Shown here: piece after piece, positions 31,722 through 40,297 of the stretch
Position numbering within the stretch: the first letter of the stretch is position 1
How the letters are laid out: each line of letters starts with the position of its first letter
Source of the DNA: Myxococcota bacterium
GTDB taxonomy: Bacteria > Myxococcota_A > SURF-8
Length of the DNA: 64,000 nucleotides
NCBI GenBank assembly: GCA_965140415.1
Contig: OZ223209.1
Location: 4,256,001 to 4,320,000, forward strand
Direction of reading: 5' to 3'
Notes under the pieces: model-generated
What the model was told of the DNA's origin: nothing
The model's input: the letters and a program-made list of their open reading frames with translations, nothing else
Databases searched by the model: none
Program-made: the position numbers and the translations under genes

Positions 31722-32339
31722 CTAGTTCATTTCCTTCTCTGCGCTGATTAGATACTCATTGTCGGAATCGACGATTTCCTCAATATCAAAGCCTATCTGG
31801 CGAACGAGTTCGGCAAGCTCGGAAGCAGGAACCAAGACGTCTTTCTGCACGGCTTCACCGGCGTTGGCATGAACGTGATTGATGGTCTGGCGAGAATCGA
31901 TATGCCAGATATGAAGAACGCCGCCAGGCTTTAGAATGCGCTTGATCTCTTGCAGGGCCACCTTCGGATCGGCAACGTGGGGCCACATCGAGAAGCAGAA
32001 CACCCGATCCAGGAGACCGTCTTCAAACGGCAAACTACTGACATCGGCAACAAGAAAATCCGCCCTTGAATCCGGGTTCTTCTCGCGGGCCAGTTCCACC
32101 ATGCGCGGGCTGACATCGATGGCGGTTACACGTCCCGAGTCATCCAGAACCTCCAGCAGTTTTCGAGTCAGGTTTCCGGTGCCGCATCCCACATCGAGAA
32201 CGGTTTCCTGCTTTCTCACATCGAAATGCAGCAGGCCATCCATGATGCGCCCATTGATGCGCGCCATATCCATCCAGCCATCCCATTGATCGGCGATGGA
32301 ATCGAAATAATCTCGAAGAGGTGAATCAGTCATGTTCAT
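31722..32339 (-). CDS. Class I SAM-dependent methyltransferase
   Basis: VLDVGCGTG and RILKPGG motifs. Confidence 0.88.
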   Translation of the reverse strand: MNMTDSPLRDYFDSIADQWDGWMDMARINGRIMDGLLHFDVRKQETVLDVGCGTGNLTRKLLEVLDDSGRVTAIDVSPRMVELAREKNPDSRADFLVADVSSLPFEDGLLDRVFCFSMWPHVADPKVALQEIKRILKPGGVLHIWHIDSRQTINHVHANAGEAVQKDVLVPASELAELVRQIGFDIEEIVDSDNEYLISAEKEMN

Positions 32340-32341
32340 TC

Positions 32342-32878
32342 TCAATCGTTTGGGTTTGCTTCGCGTTTCGTTCTTGCCATCCGCGCCAGTGGCGGGATGA
32401 CGATCAGCATCAAAATCAAACCGGGCCAGCCGCTTATAAACGACACCCCGGCGACGAATACGGCAGGCAGATCGATAATCTGGGAAACGACGTACACCAT
32501 GGCAACATACAGAATACGCCCGAGTATCAGTACCGGTACGAGCGCCAGCCATTCGTTCAAAGTCGGTTTGAAACGATACGCCAGCGCAATCAAGCTGGAC
32601 ATCATGGCCAATTCCACCGCCATGAGAACCGCAACCGGCGGATAGAAAGGCGGCATACCCGTTACCGCCCCGGATAAGAGCGGGACGACAAAGGCAGTCA
32701 GCGCAGCCGGAGCGGGCGAAACGAAATAGCCCAATGCCACCAGCGGCAGGTACATCGGCATGAAAACGTGTCCGAGATGCAAGGCATGAAACAGCACCGG
32801 CAACAATAGCCCGGCAGCTCCGAAAAGCCCGCAGGTTGCCAGTTCACGGCGCGAAAACCATTTGCTGTTTGTACTCAT
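32342..32878 (-). CDS. ECF transporter S component
   Basis: 178-aa hydrophobic protein with PMYLP and TGMPP motifs, in an ECF operon. Confidence 0.75.
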   Translation of the reverse strand: MSTNSKWFSRRELATCGLFGAAGLLLPVLFHALHLGHVFMPMYLPLVALGYFVSPAPAALTAFVVPLLSGAVTGMPPFYPPVAVLMAVELAMMSSLIALAYRFKPTLNEWLALVPVLILGRILYVAMVYVVSQIIDLPAVFVAGVSFISGWPGLILMLIVIPPLARMARTKREANPND

Positions 32879-32879
32879 C

Positions 32880-34850
32880 TCAGATTCTCACTTTCAACCC
32901 CACCATGGCATTGATACCCGGCATGGGATAGCCCTTGATATATTCATAACGCAGATTCAGGATATTGCGAAGCAATACATACGGCTCCAGTTGAAAAGGT
33001 TGCTCGGATGGTTCGTAGCGGTAGCGCAGCGTCAAATCCATGAAATATACGTCGTCGATCGGCTCCCGTTTATAATTCTCCATATACAAGCCATGCACCC
33101 ATTCGCCGCTGATGCTTCCCGCAAGCCAGTGCTCACCAAAGTCGTGAGCCGCTTCAAGCGTGAAATTCAGTTTCGCATCCGGGTTTTGTTTTGTATAGCG
33201 CCCGATATCCTGCCAGTTGCCGGTCACGAAGATGTTGACCGGTCCCAGCTTTTTCAGCCCAAGGCGGCCCTCCACTCCCCAGATGACGATTTCATCGATG
33301 TTGACAACTTCCGCCGTGGGCCACGATCCGAAGTATTTTATCATGTTCTCCGCTTGCGTGCGATAGGCGGAGGCGGAGAATTCCACGTGTTTGAAATCGA
33401 GCCCGAAACCGACGTCCCAGTTCAGAGAATACTCCGGCTTCAGATTTGGATTGGCCGTGGGAAACGGAAGATACAACTCTCGCAAGGTCGGTTGACGGAA
33501 GTTGCGCGTCACGCGGGAACGCAGGTAAAGCCCTTTGTAGAATTCCCAGCGGAACCCACCCTTGTAGAGAACAGCGAAACCATACTTCGTGCTATACAAC
33601 TCCCTCGATCCGATCACGAAACTCAGACCATCCAACGGTTTCCAGGTAAGCTGGTTATAAAACGCATAGTTTGCCAAACCTTCCACCGGTTCGTCTTCAT
33701 TGGTGATGCGATTGGTGACTTCGCCTTCGATCCAGGTTCCTGAAAAGCCAAGCAGCAGATCAACCGTATCGTGCAGATGGATGTCGAACTCGGTCGAGGC
33801 GCCGGCCATGTAATCCTCGGAATAGAAGCCGTCGTACAGGCGATGCACCCCGACATTGAGATAGGACAGAACCCGAAAATCGAACCACTTGTGTTTATAA
33901 TCCAAGCGCAGGGACAAATTGTCGCGCCAGACATTGTACCAATTGCCCGTATTCGGATGTGTCGCCGGTCCAGGATCTTCCCCTTCTAAATGAAGGGCTT
34001 TGTTTTTAAGCGTGAGTTTGAGATCGGGCGTGATGCGCCAGCGAAGCCCAAGCGATCCAACCATGTTGTAGCCGCCGGAATTGTCGCGATGACCATCCGT
34101 ACGAAAATAATGAAACGCGCTGGCCAGATCCCAATCCCCCCAGCGACCGAGAAACGTGGCGGTTTCCTTGATGGTCTGAAAGCTTCCGTAGGCGGCGTCG
34201 TTTTCCAGCTCGAATCCTTCTTCATGCCGCCAGCGGTTTTCGATCAGGATCACACCGCCCAATGCATTGGAGCCATATAGCGTGGAATCGCCACCCTTGA
34301 CGACCCGCACTTCATCGATCAGAAAGGGAACATAGGCATCGGGGATCGGATGGCCGAAGATACCCTGCACGTCGGGAACGCCATCCTCGACCACCAATAC
34401 TTGAGCGTTCGGGCTTCCGCCCAGCCCTCGGACGTGAATCGCGCCGGATGCGCCATTGGCCACGCCATGCACACCCGCGCCCCGCCCGGATACATAGATA
34501 TCCGCCGCTTCCTGGCTAAGGGCTTCTACCGTACTTGCACGTGCAGAGGCGCGCAGTTTCTCGCCGGAAACGTGGGTGGCATCCGCCGTGTCGTCCTTGC
34601 CGGGCTGTTTCGCCCCTTCCACGGTCACTTCGGGCAAAACAAACAAATTCTCGCCTTTTTCTCTGGAGTCCGTTTCGAGTTTTTCTTCGCTGTCTTTGTT
34701 GTCAGTAATACTTGCAGCGACTTGCTCGTCCCTCTCCTGTTGGACTTCCATAATGACTTCCGGCTCGTAAGATCCGGAATCCGGGGACAACTCTCCGGCT
34801 TCATTACCCCCAGCTTGAATAAACAACAAGAATAGCAACTGGATCATCAT
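32880..34850 (-). CDS. TonB-dependent outer-membrane receptor
   Basis: LPEVTV TonB-box-like segment, plug motifs (VRGLGG, VRVVKGGDSTLYGSNALGGVI), NPNLKPE, GYPMPG. Confidence 0.9.
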   Translation of the reverse strand: MMIQLLFLLFIQAGGNEAGELSPDSGSYEPEVIMEVQQERDEQVAASITDNKDSEEKLETDSREKGENLFVLPEVTVEGAKQPGKDDTADATHVSGEKLRASARASTVEALSQEAADIYVSGRGAGVHGVANGASGAIHVRGLGGSPNAQVLVVEDGVPDVQGIFGHPIPDAYVPFLIDEVRVVKGGDSTLYGSNALGGVILIENRWRHEEGFELENDAAYGSFQTIKETATFLGRWGDWDLASAFHYFRTDGHRDNSGGYNMVGSLGLRWRITPDLKLTLKNKALHLEGEDPGPATHPNTGNWYNVWRDNLSLRLDYKHKWFDFRVLSYLNVGVHRLYDGFYSEDYMAGASTEFDIHLHDTVDLLLGFSGTWIEGEVTNRITNEDEPVEGLANYAFYNQLTWKPLDGLSFVIGSRELYSTKYGFAVLYKGGFRWEFYKGLYLRSRVTRNFRQPTLRELYLPFPTANPNLKPEYSLNWDVGFGLDFKHVEFSASAYRTQAENMIKYFGSWPTAEVVNIDEIVIWGVEGRLGLKKLGPVNIFVTGNWQDIGRYTKQNPDAKLNFTLEAAHDFGEHWLAGSISGEWVHGLYMENYKREPIDDVYFMDLTLRYRYEPSEQPFQLEPYVLLRNILNLRYEYIKGYPMPGINAMVGLKVRI

Positions 34851-34862
34851 GACAGCATCGCT

Positions 34863-35366
34863 TTAATGTCCGTAGGGGCCTGGAACGGAAAAATCCTGTT
34901 CCATATCATCCAGAGTCAACTCGAAAAGATGAAACCCACCCTCGATATCGAAGGTCTGTTTCGTTTGGTAATTGAACCACATCGGTTCTTCGTTGATAAG
35001 GCCGGAGTCCATCGGATCGTCTTCGGGGCGATCCTCTTCGTTGCAGAAGCAGAGTCCGTCAATGGTGGCGTCATCCACCTGCTCTTCACAATACGTCTTT
35101 GGATCGAATTTTTGAAAGTGGATACGATCGGAGCCGGGAAGGCAACGACCGGGACTGGTGGAGTCCTCGTAGGCCAGCATATCTTCCCACTTACAACCGT
35201 TCATACTGACATTGCGGATCAGGATATGCTCGTCGATGGTGTTGGTCACCACGACTTCGGGGTACATCTCCTCACAACCCGCAGCAAATGCAAACGAGGC
35301 GAGAAGCAACAGAAACAACATTCGATGTACGAATGCCAGCGGGGAGATCACAGATTGTACGTGCAT
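34863..35366 (-). CDS. Acidic Cys-containing lipoprotein
   Basis: Lipobox AAGC; within the TonB/ECF operon. Confidence 0.6.
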   Translation of the reverse strand: MHVQSVISPLAFVHRMLFLLLLASFAFAAGCEEMYPEVVVTNTIDEHILIRNVSMNGCKWEDMLAYEDSTSPGRCLPGSDRIHFQKFDPKTYCEEQVDDATIDGLCFCNEEDRPEDDPMDSGLINEEPMWFNYQTKQTFDIEGGFHLFELTLDDMEQDFSVPGPYGH

Positions 35367-35469
35367 GGTCGATTACCCGAGAAAACGGGCGACCCGGTCC
35401 AATCGACCGGGTGATGCCCACTATAAAGGTGAACTGTTCACCGAACCTACACGGTCAAATACAAACGAC

Positions 35470-35979
35470 TTACTCGTCCAGGCACTGCGTGTTTTCGGTT
35501 CGCTGGTCGTAAGGCAAGAATTCGTATTCCGGGTACAGTTCCAAAATTCGATTATACAGATCTTCCGGGATCGGCTGGACGCCTTCCGGCGGACAGGGGC
35601 CTTGGTGATTCGGCATATTGATGGCGATGGTACGCTGCTGATCGGTGACGACCTCTTCTTCAATCCTGCTGGCAACCGGCAGGCAATTTTCCGGGCTGCA
35701 CTCCGGATCATTCCAGGCCAATACCATCAGCACGTTGTCCAGACCGGGCACGACCTCAAGTTCGGCGCTCTGTTCGCCGATATCGATATGACCGAATTCC
35801 ACACCCATATAATTGACGTGGCACATGGTCCACGGCGGATTGTATTCCATTTCCGGGTTATCGAAATCGTTGTGAATGGTCACATGGGCCACTTCCCCAT
35901 CACTGTCATCATCGCAGGCGACAACAAGAACAAGGAGACTAACGAGCACTAAGAGCTGAAGCGGTAGCCATTTGTTCAT
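35470..35979 (-). CDS. Acidic Cys-containing lipoprotein, first gene of the uptake operon
   Basis: Lipobox VVAC; GGAGG RBS; weak similarity to the neighbouring lipoprotein. Confidence 0.6.
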   Translation of the reverse strand: MNKWLPLQLLVLVSLLVLVVACDDDSDGEVAHVTIHNDFDNPEMEYNPPWTMCHVNYMGVEFGHIDIGEQSAELEVVPGLDNVLMVLAWNDPECSPENCLPVASRIEEEVVTDQQRTIAINMPNHQGPCPPEGVQPIPEDLYNRILELYPEYEFLPYDQRTENTQCLDE

Positions 35980-36025
35980 CGAATTCCTCCATTTAGCGGG
36001 TTTCAAAATTCTCCGATAAAAAGCG

Positions 36026-36052
36026 GTAGCACGTTCATAGATTTCGTATGCC
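36026..36052 (-). promoter_or_regulatory. NikR-like 7-13-7 operator GGCATAC-N13-GTGCTAC
   Basis: Same right half-site and spacing as 28948-28974; upstream of the TonB/ECF operon. Confidence 0.55.
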
Positions 36053-36196
36053 ACGAATTTCGTACCATGTCAACAGGAAATGCTTAAGATTAAAATCGGG
36101 GATGAGTAGGAATTCTGGGATTGAGGGAACTAAGAGGATCGATTCTAAACGAAATGGGTCCGGTAACTCGTTTACAGAGTCCCGGACCCATGTGAC

Positions 36197-36535
36197 TTGC
36201 GGATGCGACTCCCCGAACTTGACCTGCATAGCTTAAGACACGTCTGCGGTTCGAACCTGATGATGAATGGAGGTGTAGCTCTTGCTCAGGCTGTCTTGGG
36301 TCATACGGATATTCAGACCACGGTGGACACTTACGGACACCTGAGTTCGATCTACCTTTCGAACCAGTGTGACCTCGCCGCGATCTCTGAAAAACGGTTG
36401 GAGAAATTCGTGGAAAAGGTCCGTGAATTGAGGGGACATTCTGACCCTAAAATCCGGTCGTTTGCCAAAGAGTCTCTGCATTTTTGTCAATATTTGTCAA
36501 CGACACAAAAAAACGGGCACCTAGAAAATCTCTAA
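36197..36535 (+). pseudogene. C-terminal remnant of a tyrosine integrase
   Basis: HSLRHVC...LGHTDIQTTVDTYGHLS closely parallels the 51747-52952 integrase; N-terminal ~290 aa absent. Confidence 0.85.
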
Positions 36536-36543
36536 GTGCCCGG
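36507..36543 (-). terminator. Terminator hairpin downstream of the att copy
   Basis: CGGGCAC...GTGCCCG stem with a T7 tract on the minus strand. Confidence 0.6.
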
Positions 36544-36545
36544 AA

Positions 36546-36596
36546 TTACTGGTCGGCGTGAGAGGATTTGAACCTCCGACTTCTTGGTCCCGAACC
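36546..36596 (-). repeat. att direct repeat (3' part of tRNA-Pro)
   Basis: 51 bp identical to 52976-53026. Confidence 0.95.
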
Positions 36597-37087
36597 TATA
36601 AACCCAGGTATTCTATGCCTCTTAGGGGCGGTATGAGGAAGGGTATAATCCTTGTAAATACAGAGGCTTGTTTTATCTTTCATCATTTGCCGAGGGCTTC
36701 CTCGTATTGCCCTAAATTGCTCTTTTTACCGTCCAATCGTGTCAAATCGTGTCAATTTTTGCTTTTCCATCCCTTTCTCGTCCGTTCGTAGGGCTATCGA
36801 CGCCCAAGGGGCCCCCTGAAAGTGAACCCCAGTGGTCGCCCTCAAAGAGGCGGAAAAATATTGATCCACCCAGTCGACGAGGATGTGAGGATTTTTTTGG
36901 GGGGAAATTTTCGCCATCTGCCCGGTAAGATCGAGGTGATGCCAGTGGATCGGAGATTGTGCAATGGGGGCTGGTTTGTGCAAAAGTGAAACGATATGGA
37001 CTTTCAGCTGGGTACATTTTGGGGCCATTTTTGGCGTAACTCCAAGCGCCTGTAAGGTTACCCAACGGCACGGTTTCAACGAAAACA

Positions 37088-40000
37088 TCAAGCCGAGAAA
37101 TACGGCGATTCCGCCGTCGGATAGGCGCGAAAAACATGGCGGAAAACCTCCTCGGTCTTGGTTTCGACATCATCCTCAGAGTACCAATCCGCCGGAAGGC
37201 CGGTTTGGTCGCTGTATAGGAAGTTCCCTATCAAGGATTTCACCGCGTCCCGTGTGTTCTCACGTTCGCGCCAGTGTTCGATCTTGAGCTTTTCCGCCTT
37301 CAGCGTCTGGAGCAGCTCCACCGCCACCTGCTTGATGGTTTTGATTCCCTTGGCGTCGAGGTCGGGCTTTTTCAGCAAATCGAAGATCGCCAGGCTTTCC
37401 TCGTCCAGCCCTTCGCGCATGGCGCGGGATTCTTCTTCCGTCAGCTCCTCCACCAGCGTTATCAGCGCTGCAAAGGTAGCCTCGATGGTTTGCCGGTCTT
37501 TCTCGCTGTTGTAGGACGCGACAACCTTCTCGTAGTGCTCCTGAAGGTCGGTGCGGAGTGGATTCTGCTGCAACAGGCGTTGGACGCGCTGCTCGATGGC
37601 ATGTGAAAGATTCTGGACGGTGGTCTTCTTGGCCTTTACGCGCTCGAATTCGCGCCGTAGAAGGTCGAAGTCGATCTTGCTGATGTCGTAGGGGGCCTGC
37701 TCCTTCCCGTTCGTTTCCGGTCGAGTCTCGATGGCCTCGTCCACCACTTCATGCAGCTGGCGGATGATGTCGCTGATGTCGGCCTGTTCCCGGTCGGCGA
37801 TCAGGCTTTTGTAGATGACATCGATGGCTTTCTTTTCGGGACGGATCGCCCGGAAGCCTTCATGCTGATTCATGTGCGAGCAGGCTTTGAACTTCTTGAA
37901 GACTTCCCGACAGGCCACCTCGAAGCGCTTGCGCGTCTCGTCGTTCTCGTTGGCCGCTTCCTTCGCCGCCACGATTGCCGCGTTTTTGGCGAAGCCGGTT
38001 TCCTCAATGATCGTCGTCAGCGATGCCCCCCGCTCCTCCAGAAATGTACGTACAATCGCCACCGCTTCCTTGAGTTCGGCGAGCAGTTCTTCGTCCGGTT
38101 TGGTTGGGTTGGTTTCGTCATCACCCTTACGGCCACCGTCTCCACGCCCGGCGAAGGTGGCCAACGCGCTTCGGAGGTTTTTCAGGATACCGCAGTAATC
38201 GACGATCAGACCGTTATTCTTGCCCTCGTGAACCCGGTTGGCGCGGGCGATGGCCTGCATCAGGGTGTGGGCTTTCAAGGGCTTGTCGAGGTACAGGTTG
38301 CTCAGGCTAGGCACATCGAAGCCGGTCAGCCACATGGCGCAGACGATGACGATCCGGAAGGGATGCTCGGCCTTCTTGAACGCCGATTCCACGTCGATTC
38401 GTTCGCCGTCTTCCGTCTCGAAGCCGTCCTTGATGAGTTTGCGGTGCGGCAGGATGTCCAGATCCCACTTCTTGAACTTCTCGACCTCGCCCTGCTCCTC
38501 GCTGATGACCACGGCCATCTTCGTCTCGCGCATCCAGGTGAGTTTCCGCTTGAGCTGGGTTTCCTCCTGCTCGTCCGGGGCATGATCAATCTCACGCTCC
38601 AGGGTTTCAATGCGCCTCTGCCAGTAGGTGTCGATCAGGTCGTAGAGCCGAACGCAGGTGATCTTGTCGATGCAGACGAACATCGCCTTGCCGGTCTCCC
38701 AGGCATTCGAGTAATGCTCTACGAAGTCTTTGGCCACCTGCTTCAAGCGTTCGCCGGCTGTGATGATGTGATATTCACGCTTGAGTTCCTTCTCCAGCCT
38801 CTGCTGGACATTCACGTCATCGGTTTCCAGCTCTTCCAGCTTCGCAGCCACCCGCTCGTTCAGATCGCCGATGGAAAGTCCCAACTTGTCGCCGCGGGCG
38901 TCGTAATATAGCGGCACGGTGGCGCCATCGTCCACGGCTCGCTTGAAGTCGTAGGTGGAGATATAGCCGCCGAACACGTCCTTCGTGATCTCGTCCTCAC
39001 CCTGAATCAAGGGCGTGCCGGTGAAGCCTATGAAGTTGGCGTTGGGAAGCGCGTCGTGCATGTTGAGGGCCAGTGTACCGCCCTGGGTGCGGTGGGCTTC
39101 GTCGGTGATGACGATGATGTCGTCGCGCAGCGAATAGCCTTCCTCTGGGCTGACTTCCTTATGGAATTTCTGGATCAGCGTGAAGATGGTGGATTTGTTC
39201 TCTCCGAGCAGGCGCGCCAGATGCTCGCCGCTCGATGCGCGGCTGTCTTTCTTGGCCAGGCCGCAACCGGCGAAGGTTTTGTAAATCTGGCTGTCCAGAT
39301 CCTCACGGTCGGTGCAGATCAGGAAGGTGAAGTTGCTCCCCAGCCGGCGGTGGATCTTACGGGCGAAGAAAACCATCGAATAGCTCTTGCCGCTGCCCTG
39401 CGTATGCCAGAAGACGCCCAGCTTGCCGCGTCGCTCTTTGCGCTCTTCCACGGCCTTTACGGCGCGATTGACGCCGAGAAACTGGTGGTTGCGCGCCAGG
39501 ATCTTGACCGGTGCGCCTTCGGGTTCGTCGAAAATGATGAAGTTTTCGAGGAGGTCGATGAAGTTGCGCTTGTTGCAGATGCCCAAGAGCAAGGTTTCCA
39601 TGTCCACCACGCCCGATTCGTGCTCCTCCAGGCGCTTCCATTCGTGGAAGTGGCCGAACTTCGCCGATAGCGTCCCGATCTTGGCCTTGTCGCCGTTGCC
39701 GAGCAGGATGATGGCATTGTGGTGGAAGAGGTGCGGGATCGTGACCCGGTAATCCGCCAGATTGCCGTCGTAGGCGTTGCGGATGTCCTTGTGGATGTTC
39801 TTCAGCTCCATGAAGAGCAATGGAAGGCCGTTGACGAAGCCCACGATGTCGGCGCGCCGATGGTACAGATCGCCCTGCACCCACAATTCACGCACGGCGA
39901 GGAAGTGGTTGTTCTCCGGATCGTTGAAGTCGATGACCTTGAGGTGCGGCTTCTGCGTGACACCGTTTTCATCCCGGTAGCGAACCTGAACCCCATCGCG

Positions 40001-40297
40001 CAGTAAGGCGTATTTCTCGCGGTTGGTCTGGATCAGGCTCTGGCTGGCGGAATACTCGGTGATGGTTCGGATGGCGTCGTCGTAAGCGTTTTCCGGCAGG
40101 CCGGGGTTGAATGCTTTCAGCTTTTCGCGCAAGGTGCGCGTCAGCACCACTTCCCGGTCGTTCTTACGGCCCAGTAGTCCTCCAGGGCCGAAGGTCTCGT
40201 GGTTGTAGGCCAACACCGAATCCCAGCCGAGCTTGTCGCGCAGGTAGTCAGCGGTAGTTTGCTGGACAAGGCTGTCTTCGGTGTAAGAGTTATTCAT
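37088..40297 (-). CDS. hsdR: Type I restriction enzyme R subunit
   Basis: ADIVGFVNGLPLLFMELK nuclease motif, HTQGSGKS, DEAHR, GFTGTP, TGFD and QAIARANR. Confidence 0.95.
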   Translation of the reverse strand: MNNSYTEDSLVQQTTADYLRDKLGWDSVLAYNHETFGPGGLLGRKNDREVVLTRTLREKLKAFNPGLPENAYDDAIRTITEYSASQSLIQTNREKYALLRDGVQVRYRDENGVTQKPHLKVIDFNDPENNHFLAVRELWVQGDLYHRRADIVGFVNGLPLLFMELKNIHKDIRNAYDGNLADYRVTIPHLFHHNAIILLGNGDKAKIGTLSAKFGHFHEWKRLEEHESGVVDMETLLLGICNKRNFIDLLENFIIFDEPEGAPVKILARNHQFLGVNRAVKAVEERKERRGKLGVFWHTQGSGKSYSMVFFARKIHRRLGSNFTFLICTDREDLDSQIYKTFAGCGLAKKDSRASSGEHLARLLGENKSTIFTLIQKFHKEVSPEEGYSLRDDIIVITDEAHRTQGGTLALNMHDALPNANFIGFTGTPLIQGEDEITKDVFGGYISTYDFKRAVDDGATVPLYYDARGDKLGLSIGDLNERVAAKLEELETDDVNVQQRLEKELKREYHIITAGERLKQVAKDFVEHYSNAWETGKAMFVCIDKITCVRLYDLIDTYWQRRIETLEREIDHAPDEQEETQLKRKLTWMRETKMAVVISEEQGEVEKFKKWDLDILPHRKLIKDGFETEDGERIDVESAFKKAEHPFRIVIVCAMWLTGFDVPSLSNLYLDKPLKAHTLMQAIARANRVHEGKNNGLIVDYCGILKNLRSALATFAGRGDGGRKGDDETNPTKPDEELLAELKEAVAIVRTFLEERGASLTTIIEETGFAKNAAIVAAKEAANENDETRKRFEVACREVFKKFKACSHMNQHEGFRAIRPEKKAIDVIYKSLIADREQADISDIIRQLHEVVDEAIETRPETNGKEQAPYDISKIDFDLLRREFERVKAKKTTVQNLSHAIEQRVQRLLQQNPLRTDLQEHYEKVVASYNSEKDRQTIEATFAALITLVEELTEEESRAMREGLDEESLAIFDLLKKPDLDAKGIKTIKQVAVELLQTLKAEKLKIEHWRERENTRDAVKSLIGNFLYSDQTGLPADWYSEDDVETKTEEVFRHVFRAYPTAESPYFSA

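Noticed and set aside
36550-36596. Second tRNA-Pro gene
   Set aside because: Only the 3' 47 nt are present and the D-arm and 5' acceptor strand are missing; this is the att duplication.
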